Origin: Spirochaetia bacterium
GTDB taxonomy: Bacteria; Spirochaetota; Spirochaetia; UBA9216
DNA: 64,000 bases
Direction of reading: 5' to 3'
Assembly (NCBI GenBank): GCA_963677925.2
Contig: CAXXYH010000004.1
Span: 1,920,001 to 1,984,000, forward strand
The notes beneath the pieces were generated by a model. The model ran no database searches. It was given only the letters and a program-made list of their open reading frames with translations, and was not told the origin of the DNA. The position numbers and the translations under genes were made by a program. Of the stretch, positions 56,252 to 64,000 are shown one piece after another. The first letter of the stretch is position 1, and every line of letters begins with the position of its first letter.

Positions 56252-57787
56252 ATGAGAAATATTGTAATTGTAAACACGTTGTTTATTACAGAATATGCTT
56301 TTAAGGAACTCCTCCCCGGTAAAACTTCGTTAGATCTTGGTTTTGAAGCCGCACTAAAAATTTCCGATTGTTCTTCAAGAGTAATCCTTACAGAAGAGGG
56401 AACTGATACTTCATCCTTTCCGGATGGGTTTGAAATAGCTGCCGCTGATAAGAGTTCTGTCACCTCTCTGATAAAAACATTAACCGAACTTTCATCCGGT
56501 TATGATAATATCTTCTATCTGCATGCAGACTGTCCACTGATTGATTTAAAGCTGACTGAAAAAATGTATGCCAATCATTTAAAATATTTTGCTGAATATA
56601 CTTTCGCAGACGGTTATCCTGCTGGTTTAAGTCTTGAGATAATAAAATCTTCAATACTTCCGGCTCTTGAAACCATATCGCTTAAACATGAGATCGCTCC
56701 GGGACGGAAGGCTATTTTTTCCGTCATAGAAAAAGAAATTAACAGCTTTGATCTTGAAACCCAGATATCGCCCGAGGATATGCGTCTTTACCGAATAAAC
56801 CTTTTTCCGGACACAAAGAGAAATTTTATTCTCCTGCAGAAGATGATAGGCCTTTTAGGCAGTATGGATGTCGATGCTGAGCTTCCTTTTTCAGATAAAG
56901 TTTCTGATAAGCGTGTGCTTGATATTATCAGAGAGCACGGAAGTCTGCTTCGGACCCTGCCTGCTTTCTGCGAGGTTGAAACCACAGCCGGTTCAGCTCA
57001 GCAGGTGACTTATCTGCCTGATAACGGCACAGTTCTCAAAGACTGCGGTATTGCAGAGATGGAGCCAGAAAATTTCCGGCTTATCCTTGATAAACTTTCA
57101 GCCTTTTCAGGTGATATGACCGTAAGCCTTTCGGTCCGGAATGAGCCCGCGCTGCATTCCAGGATTGATGAACTGGCCGCCGGGGTTCTGGAAAAAACGG
57201 ACTTCGGGCTGCTGATTGAGACCTCAGGTATAGGCTGGGACGAGCAGAAGCTGAAAAATATACTTGGTATGGATTCCGGCCGTATCACATGGATAGTTGA
57301 TCTTGATGCCCTCGATCAGAAAATTTATTCCTCATTACGCGGAAGCGGATATAATGAAGCATATCGCACGGCTGAATACCTTCTTTCCGTTTCACCTGCC
57401 AATACCTGGGTCCAGGCCGTCAGAATGAAGCAGAACGAAGAGGATATAGAGCATTTCTATAAATATTGGAAAGAAAAGACGAATAATGTTATTATTCAGA
57501 AATACGATTGGTACTGCGGCAGGCTTGAGCAGATGAAAGTTTCAGATCTTTCTCCTGTAAAACGTCTGCCCTGCTGGCATATGAAGCGCGATATGATTGT
57601 GCTCATTGACGGGACTGTTCCCCTATGCCGGGAGGAACTTGAAGCAGGGATAAGTTTTGGAAATATCTTCAACGAGGATATTGAAATTATCTGGAAAAAC
57701 GGTGCTGCATCTTATGAAGAACAGCTGAGAGGGGAATATCGGGGAATCTGCCTCGAATGTGATGAATACTACACCTTCAATTATTGA
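56252..57787 (+). CDS. spiro-SPASM protein (cytidylyltransferase-like, degenerate radical SAM, SPASM)
   Basis: AEYTFADGYPAG and SPASM cysteines PCWH..LC..CLECDEYY. No CxxxCxxC. Start moved to ATG56252. Confidence 0.85.
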   Translation: MRNIVIVNTLFITEYAFKELLPGKTSLDLGFEAALKISDCSSRVILTEEGTDTSSFPDGFEIAAADKSSVTSLIKTLTELSSGYDNIFYLHADCPLIDLKLTEKMYANHLKYFAEYTFADGYPAGLSLEIIKSSILPALETISLKHEIAPGRKAIFSVIEKEINSFDLETQISPEDMRLYRINLFPDTKRNFILLQKMIGLLGSMDVDAELPFSDKVSDKRVLDIIREHGSLLRTLPAFCEVETTAGSAQQVTYLPDNGTVLKDCGIAEMEPENFRLILDKLSAFSGDMTVSLSVRNEPALHSRIDELAAGVLEKTDFGLLIETSGIGWDEQKLKNILGMDSGRITWIVDLDALDQKIYSSLRGSGYNEAYRTAEYLLSVSPANTWVQAVRMKQNEEDIEHFYKYWKEKTNNVIIQKYDWYCGRLEQMKVSDLSPVKRLPCWHMKRDMIVLIDGTVPLCREELEAGISFGNIFNEDIEIIWKNGAASYEEQLRGEYRGICLECDEYYTFNY

Positions 57788-58724
57788 GAAAGTAAACTAT
57801 ACGGTAGTGGGCGGCCGAAAAGATCCTACTATACGTAAAGGACCCTCTTTTATCTCCATTGTCCTCTTAAGCAGAGGCGGCCGTGTTTTCAGGAATGAAA
57901 TACTGACCTCGCTGGTTAAGCTTAATGTTTATGAAATAATAACTATTGAAGGCGAAGGCAGCGGATACGATGTAGAATCGCTTTCAGTCAAATTTCCCGA
58001 AATTAAATTCGTAACACTCCGGAATATCACTACCGAAGGTGAGAAAATCAATATTGGTATTGAGGAAGCTTCATCAAAGTACGTGCTGGTTATGTATGAT
58101 GATATGGCCCTCCCTGCAGGCGGGCTTTCGGACAGACTTATTGAACGGATAGCAGATGCAGACTGCCTCTGCACTGTGCCGCTGCTTCAGTCCAGAAAAC
58201 AGCTCACGGTTCCGACCATTATAAGTCCGGCTTTTATGAAGAAAAAATTGAAGATTGTTCACCTGCCTCCCTCTGTTGACGGTATGGACAGTCTTTTCCC
58301 ATTTGATTACTGCGGAATATACGACCGTGACCGTTTTATACAGCTGGGCGGATTTGATTCCAGAATTTCAGGTATGTACTGGCAGAAGCTTGATTTCGGT
58401 TTCAGAGCCTATATGTGGGGAGAAAAAATCCACTGCAGTACATCCTTCCGGATAAAATATCTCGATGAAATACCACAGGAATCCATTACGCCGGATAGAA
58501 GCTACAGGTTCTTCTATCTTAAAAACCTGACTCTCAGGTTCACCGGTGATTCCGGACAGATTCCTGCAGGGCGTTTTCTTCCTTATCATTTCAAGAGCGG
58601 AGAGGGCTTCTTCACCTCTCTGCGGGAGTTCCGTGAAGCCAGAGACTGGGTGTACAAAAACCGCTACAGGTTCAGGATGGAAGCCGGAAGTATTACCGAG
58701 ATCTGGGAGGCTCCGGAGAATTGA
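57759..58724 (+). CDS. GT2-like glycosyltransferase
   Basis: ISIVL, NIGI..YVLVMYDD, LGGFD..DFGFR. Confidence 0.75.
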   Translation: MMNTTPSIIEKVNYTVVGGRKDPTIRKGPSFISIVLLSRGGRVFRNEILTSLVKLNVYEIITIEGEGSGYDVESLSVKFPEIKFVTLRNITTEGEKINIGIEEASSKYVLVMYDDMALPAGGLSDRLIERIADADCLCTVPLLQSRKQLTVPTIISPAFMKKKLKIVHLPPSVDGMDSLFPFDYCGIYDRDRFIQLGGFDSRISGMYWQKLDFGFRAYMWGEKIHCSTSFRIKYLDEIPQESITPDRSYRFFYLKNLTLRFTGDSGQIPAGRFLPYHFKSGEGFFTSLREFREARDWVYKNRYRFRMEAGSITEIWEAPEN

Positions 58725-59407
58725 GTTCTTCCACTGCGGTATTCCTTCAGGCCAGACTTGGATCCTCACGGCTGCCGGGAAAAGCTCTCATGAAAATCTG
58801 CGGCAGAACAGTTGTCGGCCTTGCCATGGACGCCCTTCGTCAGATTAACGCAGACTCTCATGTTCTGCTCACTGAACCCGGAAGCTTTGAACAGCTTAAA
58901 CCAGAAGCTGAAAAATATGGATTCAGCATATTTGCAGGTCCTGAAGATGACGTTCTGCTCCGCTTCCGGCAGGCCGCCGACAGATACCGGCCTGATACAA
59001 TTATAAGGGCGACAGGCGACAACCCTCTGGTTGACAGCGAAACCGCATTGCTGCTGCTTGAAGATCACATTTCTGCAGATGCAGATTACAGCGGTTTTGA
59101 CGGTCCACCTCTTGGTACGGGGGTCGAGGTGATAAAGACAGCCGCCCTCATGAAAGCTGCGGAAGAAGCTGAAGATCCGTATGAACACGAGCATGTCTGT
59201 CCCTACCTGTATAGAAATCCTTCGTTATTCAGAATAAACAGACACAGTGCACCGAAGGAATTCTGTCTTCCGGACCGCCATGTCACTATAGATACAATAG
59301 AAGATTTTCACTATATTTCTAAAATCTTTGAATCACTTTATAAAGACAGACCTGTCGGCCTGAAAGTGCTTCTGCCATGGCTTGAATCCAACAGGAGGGG
59401 GATGTGA
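58721..59407 (+). CDS. SpsF-like acylneuraminate cytidylyltransferase
   Basis: QARLGSSRLPGK, DDVLLRF, RATGDNP, EHVCPY, TIDT.ED. Confidence 0.9.
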   Translation: MSSSTAVFLQARLGSSRLPGKALMKICGRTVVGLAMDALRQINADSHVLLTEPGSFEQLKPEAEKYGFSIFAGPEDDVLLRFRQAADRYRPDTIIRATGDNPLVDSETALLLLEDHISADADYSGFDGPPLGTGVEVIKTAALMKAAEEAEDPYEHEHVCPYLYRNPSLFRINRHSAPKEFCLPDRHVTIDTIEDFHYISKIFESLYKDRPVGLKVLLPWLESNRRGM

Positions 59408-61236
59408 AGTCCCCGGTAAAGGCCTCAATAAGTATTCTGCTCATTCCATCGGTAGGCAGGGGGAACGGGACAGGCCACCTCCGCCGCTGTATAGAACTTG
59501 CTGTAAAATTTCATAATCATCCTGAAATCAAATGTGCCCTCTATACCGGGTTGCCGTATCTCGATCATGATCAATACTCAGACCAAGAGATACAAAAGCT
59601 TATTACGGCAAAAAAAGCTGAGCCTCTTGAAATCATTGACAGTATAAATCCGGAAGACTGGGATATCTGCATCTTTGACGAAAGAGAAACCTCCGCAAAG
59701 AAACTGCACAATTTCAGCGGGAAGACTCTTAGTATAGGAATAGATGAAGGCGGGAATGCACGAGATTATTTTGACTACCTAATCGATATCCTGCCGAACA
59801 TGGAGGAGAGTGAGCCTAATATTTCATCAGTCGGATTTTTAAACCTTCCCGAACCTGCAAACTCTTCATCTGAGCGATTTTTCAATCTTAAAGCAGATGA
59901 CCGGATTCTTATTTCATTCGGCGGTGAGGACAGGGAAGGGCTCTCTCTGAAAATGATCACTATGATTGATGATGCCGGAATATTTAAAACGGAACAGCTT
60001 ACTGTTGTAAAGGGGCCGATGTTTTCAGGTCAGTCATTTCCCGAATCGGTCAATGTCCTTGACTGTCCTCCTGATCTGAGAATGCTCATTCCGGAATATG
60101 ATCTTGTAGTCACAAGTTTCGGCATCACATGTTTTGAAGCCTTAAATGCAGGAGTGCCGGTAGTTCTGTTTAATCCTTCACATTATCACAAGATGCTGTC
60201 TGTCAGAGCCGGGATTCCCGAAATCGGAGTTCTTAATCCTGATGCAAAGCGTCTGGATCATTTTCTGAGGACTCCACAGCGGCTGCTGAAAGCAGTTGAT
60301 GCATGGTCCGGAAAAAAGCAGATGGATCTTGCCGGCTATATACTCAACCTTGAACATTCGCCGCGTAACCGCTGCCGTACATGCGGGAACGGATACTTAA
60401 AAGCCGTAAACCGAAGTGTTCTGAAAACTTATTTTAAATGTCCAGACTGCGGAATTATTTCTCTTCAGAATTATGATTCGAAAAAGACTGTTTACAATTC
60501 TAATTATTTTTTTGATGAATACCGTAACCAGTACGGCAGAACATACCTTGAGGATTTTGAAAATATCAAAAGAAGCGGAATTGAACGATGCCGATACATT
60601 AGAAAACTTACTATAGGAGATAAACTTCTGGATATAGGATGCGGATACGGTCCTTTTCTTTCAGCAGCTCTTAATGAAGGTTTTCAGCCATTCGGAATTG
60701 ATATCTCGGATGAAGCTGTTGAGTATATTAATTCAGAACTCGGGTTCCGTGCAGCTGCTGCTGAGGCCGGGAAATTTTCTCCGGGTGAACTATTCGGAAT
60801 TGATGAATTTGATGCAGTTACAATGTGGTATGTAATTGAGCATATCGAACAGATTCCGGAACTGTTAAAGCATCTTTACCGGATAGTAAAACCCGGCGGA
60901 GTCTTTGCATTTTCAACTCCAAGTTATAAGGGTATCAGTGCAAGACGTTCATTGGGAGGGTTCCTGAATGCCAGCCCTTCCGATCATTTGACCGTCTGGA
61001 GTCCGCAGTCATCTGTAAGGCTATTAAGGAAGTACGGGTTCCGCGTCCGAAAAATAAAGATACCTGCTCCGCATCCTGAACGGTTTTTTCACAATCCGAA
61101 CCATTACTACAAAATGATAGCACCTGTCAAATTTATTGTGACAAAAATTCTAACAGCTGTAAGCAGATGTTTTCTGCTCGGCGATACATTTGAAGTCTAT
61201 GCCGTGCGTATTGACAGCCGGAAGAGGAAAGGTTAA
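59404..61236 (+). CDS. PseG/SpsG-like hydrolase fused to Zn-finger class I SAM methyltransferase
   Basis: GTGHLRRC and SFGGED, then CRTC/CPDC, LLDIGCGYG, VIEH, PGG..FSTP. Confidence 0.82.
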   Translation: MKSPVKASISILLIPSVGRGNGTGHLRRCIELAVKFHNHPEIKCALYTGLPYLDHDQYSDQEIQKLITAKKAEPLEIIDSINPEDWDICIFDERETSAKKLHNFSGKTLSIGIDEGGNARDYFDYLIDILPNMEESEPNISSVGFLNLPEPANSSSERFFNLKADDRILISFGGEDREGLSLKMITMIDDAGIFKTEQLTVVKGPMFSGQSFPESVNVLDCPPDLRMLIPEYDLVVTSFGITCFEALNAGVPVVLFNPSHYHKMLSVRAGIPEIGVLNPDAKRLDHFLRTPQRLLKAVDAWSGKKQMDLAGYILNLEHSPRNRCRTCGNGYLKAVNRSVLKTYFKCPDCGIISLQNYDSKKTVYNSNYFFDEYRNQYGRTYLEDFENIKRSGIERCRYIRKLTIGDKLLDIGCGYGPFLSAALNEGFQPFGIDISDEAVEYINSELGFRAAAAEAGKFSPGELFGIDEFDAVTMWYVIEHIEQIPELLKHLYRIVKPGGVFAFSTPSYKGISARRSLGGFLNASPSDHLTVWSPQSSVRLLRKYGFRVRKIKIPAPHPERFFHNPNHYYKMIAPVKFIVTKILTAVSRCFLLGDTFEVYAVRIDSRKRKG

Positions 61237-62757
61237 TTGATGGACAACAAGAGAATAATGATACTCGGCGGCGGAATTATGCAGATTCCTGCTATAAAAT
61301 CAGCCTCAGAAATGGGCTTCCGCGTTCATGTAACAGATATAAATACCGAGGCTCCGGGTATAAAGTATGCTGACACCTTCGCTAAAGTTGATTTGAAGGA
61401 TCGTGATGCAATAGCAGAAGAAGCTCTCCGGCTTAAAAATGACGGCGGTCTCTCTGCTGTGTTCACTGCAGGAACCGATTTTTCCGCATCAGTGGCTCTT
61501 GCCGCTGAAAAGACTCAACTTGCCGGTACCGGATACGAAGTAGCCTGCAGGGCAAGCAACAAGGCTTTGATGCGTCAGACCTTTTATGATGCCGGAGTTC
61601 CGTCTCCCCAGTTCCGGTCGGTGAAGGATATTGAAACTGCCAAAGAAGCTGTAAAACAAATTGGAGTGCCGCTTGTTTTTAAACCCGTTGACAGCATGGG
61701 GGCGAGGGGCGTTGTTAAAATAACCGATGCTGATGATATAAAGGCTCTGAAAACAGCATTTGAAAATGCTGTTTCATCCTCCCTCTCCGGAGAAGTTATA
61801 ATAGAAGAATATATGGATGGGCCTGAATTCAGTCTTGATGCCCTTGTTTATGATGGAGAGATTACAATCTGCGGTTTTGCCGATCGTCATATCTTTTTCC
61901 CTCCATTTTTTATTGAGATGGGGCATACAATTCCCAGTCTCTGTCAGGATGATGTGTACAGGAATGTAACTGATGTTTTTAAAGCCGGAATAAAAGCTCT
62001 CGGAATAACAAATGGAGCCGCCAAGGGTGATATCAAGTATTCTTCAAAAAAGGGTGCCATGGTCGGAGAGATCGCAAACAGACTGTCAGGCGGATTCATG
62101 TCAGGCTGGACATTTCCATATTCCAGCGGAATAAATTTAACGGCGGCAGCTATTCGAATTGCAGCCGGTGAGGCCCCTGGAAACCTTGAGCCTCTGTATA
62201 AACGAGTTTCTGCAGAACGGGCAGCTGTATCTATACCGGGTGTTATTGCCTCTATAGAGGGCGAGCAGGAGGCTCTTTCCGTTGAAGGTATTGAGAACGT
62301 ATTTATCGCGAGGAGTCTGGGTGAGCGGGTCATTTTCCCCATGAACAATGTACAGAAATGTGCAAATTGTATTTCCTGTCTTGAGAATTATGATGCGGCT
62401 GTTCAGGCTGCTGAAACAGCGGTAAGGAAACTTTTTTTCAGGCTCGAGCCGGGTGATGAGGACACCCGTGACTTTATCTACGGCAGCAGCTGGTCCTGGG
62501 TACCTGATGCTTTTACTATAACAGATGAAAAAAATCTGAGAACACTCAAGCAGTCTGGAATGCCTGATTTGAGTTTGGAAACCTGCTGTGACTGGCATGG
62601 GAACAATGTCGGTGAGGCCTTTTCAAAACTAAAAATAATATGTAGTCCATCTGATGATGAACTTGACACTGATTTCTGGCGCTGTTTTCTGCGCGGCGGG
62701 ATTCAGGGCGGTGTCTGGGCTATCGATACAAAGCGTGATATAGTCAGAAACAGATGA
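61237..62757 (+). CDS. ATP-grasp domain ligase
   Basis: ILGGGIMQ, KPVDSMGARGV, IEEYMDGPEFS, EIANRLSG. Confidence 0.85.
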   Translation: MMDNKRIMILGGGIMQIPAIKSASEMGFRVHVTDINTEAPGIKYADTFAKVDLKDRDAIAEEALRLKNDGGLSAVFTAGTDFSASVALAAEKTQLAGTGYEVACRASNKALMRQTFYDAGVPSPQFRSVKDIETAKEAVKQIGVPLVFKPVDSMGARGVVKITDADDIKALKTAFENAVSSSLSGEVIIEEYMDGPEFSLDALVYDGEITICGFADRHIFFPPFFIEMGHTIPSLCQDDVYRNVTDVFKAGIKALGITNGAAKGDIKYSSKKGAMVGEIANRLSGGFMSGWTFPYSSGINLTAAAIRIAAGEAPGNLEPLYKRVSAERAAVSIPGVIASIEGEQEALSVEGIENVFIARSLGERVIFPMNNVQKCANCISCLENYDAAVQAAETAVRKLFFRLEPGDEDTRDFIYGSSWSWVPDAFTITDEKNLRTLKQSGMPDLSLETCCDWHGNNVGEAFSKLKIICSPSDDELDTDFWRCFLRGGIQGGVWAIDTKRDIVRNR

Positions 62758-63800
62758 AATTCAACAGGTTTGCGTTCCTTCTATTTATAGCAGTTATCAC
62801 AGCAGCCTCAGGTCCGCTTTATGCAGAGGATAATACTGAAACAGGCATTGTCAGTCTTGCTGAAGAAACAGGTGCGAAATTAAAATTTGACTACTGGAAG
62901 GGCGTCTGGGAGCTTCAGAAGGGTACAGCTTCCGTCCGTGTTTCCGCCGGATCACCTTTTCTGCTTCTTGATTATGAATACCTGTATTATCCGGTAAGCA
63001 GCCGCAATGCTGAAAATGGTGAGCTTCTATTGGACAGTGCCTCAGCACAGCGTATTCGGGATTTTTTTGCATCCTACAGGGAACCCTCAGGCAGGGTCGC
63101 CTGCATTGTCCTGGATCCCGGACACGGAGGAAAAGACCCGGGCGCAATAGGTTATTATGAGGGGCCTGAAGGGAAGATGCGGGTAAATGAAAAGGATGTG
63201 GTTCTTGATATTGCTCTGCAGACAGCGGCTATGCTGAAGCAAAGATTTCCTGAAATAAAAGTTCTGTTGACCAGGGATTACGACTGGTATCCAACTCTTG
63301 AGGAACGGACTGATTTTGCAAACAGCATCGAGTTAAAGGAAAATGATACGATGATCTTCGTGTCACTGCATGCTAATGCTTCATTTAATCCGACTGCTAA
63401 GGGTTTTGAAGTCTGGTATCTGCCTCCCGAGTATAGAAGGGACCTTATTGATCCTGAGATGTTCTCTGATGTGGATGAGGATGTTCTGCCCATTCTGAAC
63501 ACTATGCTCGAGGAAGAACTTACAGTTGAGAGTGTAATTCTTGGAGAAAAACTTCTCAAATCTCTGGATGCTCAAATAGGCAGCCTTACTGAAAACCGCG
63601 GTCCAAAAGAGGAATCCTGGTTTGTGGTCAGAAATGCCAGGATGCCCTCTGTGCTTATAGAGACCGGATTCGTAACAAATCCTGAAGAAGCGGAACTATT
63701 ATCTACAGCAGCTTACTTGAAGAAATTGAGTAAGGGTATTTATAATGGTATAACTGATTTTATTACTGATTTTGAGAATAACCGACGGGGGATCGAGTGA
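62754..63800 (+). CDS. N-acetylmuramoyl-L-alanine amidase (Amidase_3)
   Basis: Signal peptide, DPGHGGKDPGA, EK, SLHANA, VLIETGFVTN. Confidence 0.93.
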   Translation: MKFNRFAFLLFIAVITAASGPLYAEDNTETGIVSLAEETGAKLKFDYWKGVWELQKGTASVRVSAGSPFLLLDYEYLYYPVSSRNAENGELLLDSASAQRIRDFFASYREPSGRVACIVLDPGHGGKDPGAIGYYEGPEGKMRVNEKDVVLDIALQTAAMLKQRFPEIKVLLTRDYDWYPTLEERTDFANSIELKENDTMIFVSLHANASFNPTAKGFEVWYLPPEYRRDLIDPEMFSDVDEDVLPILNTMLEEELTVESVILGEKLLKSLDAQIGSLTENRGPKEESWFVVRNARMPSVLIETGFVTNPEEAELLSTAAYLKKLSKGIYNGITDFITDFENNRRGIE

Positions 63801-64000
63801 ATTTTAGAGTATTTAGGCTATCGAAAAAAAATCTCATTTCTTTAGCTGTTTTTTTAGTTTTTTTTCTTATCTCGCTTGTTTTTATACTTGTTGATGCCGA
63901 CAGAAGGATAGAGAGGGTTCTTTTTTTTCCGGATGAAGGCGGAATCAATGTTAGCGGAGAACTCCGGAGACTGCCTGTCAGGGACAGTCTTGAAGGGAAT
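63797..64000 (+). CDS. membrane-anchored protein, possibly GerMN-like (3'-truncated by the window edge)
   Basis: GTG overlaps the amidase stop, followed by an N-terminal TM helix and RVLFFP..GELRRLP. The frame is open to the window end. Confidence 0.6.
   Translation, partial: MNFRVFRLSKKNLISLAVFLVFFLISLVFILVDADRRIERVLFFPDEGGINVSGELRRLPVRDSLEGN

Overview
Gene-dense chromosomal window with no recognisable mobile element, most consistent with a free-living spirochaete (spiro-SPASM protein, short ~600-aa AlaRS, FliG paralogue, LoaP-type NusG paralogue, 'FANGxxE' signal peptides). It holds housekeeping genes (alaS, rlmN, hisZ/G/B, rsmD, recG, dnaE, ligA split by a 1-nt frameshift, xseAB, dtd, tRNA-Phe). 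It also holds several unexplained modules: (1) an RNHCP-RsgA operon behind a 17-aa leader peptide with alternative RNA pairings; (2) a GT2 / ATP-grasp / NitT-TauT ABC importer / GT-C envelope-modification cluster; (3) a six-gene sulfur relay (split YeeE/YedE, TusA, TrxB with a thioredoxin-like tail, two exported rhodaneses) behind a Rex/CRP-type palindrome; (4) a c-di-GMP motility module (EAL phosphodiesterase, FliG, stand-alone MshEN-motif protein), with two PilZ genes and FapA nearby; (5) a ~150-nt structured RNA resembling 6S RNA; (6) a degenerate xanthine-dehydrogenase-like trio coupled to amino-sugar genes; (7) a spiro-SPASM / cytidylyltransferase / PseG-methyltransferase / ATP-grasp glycosylation operon. 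Many genes look leaderless. All calls come from reading motifs by eye; no database search or folding program was run.
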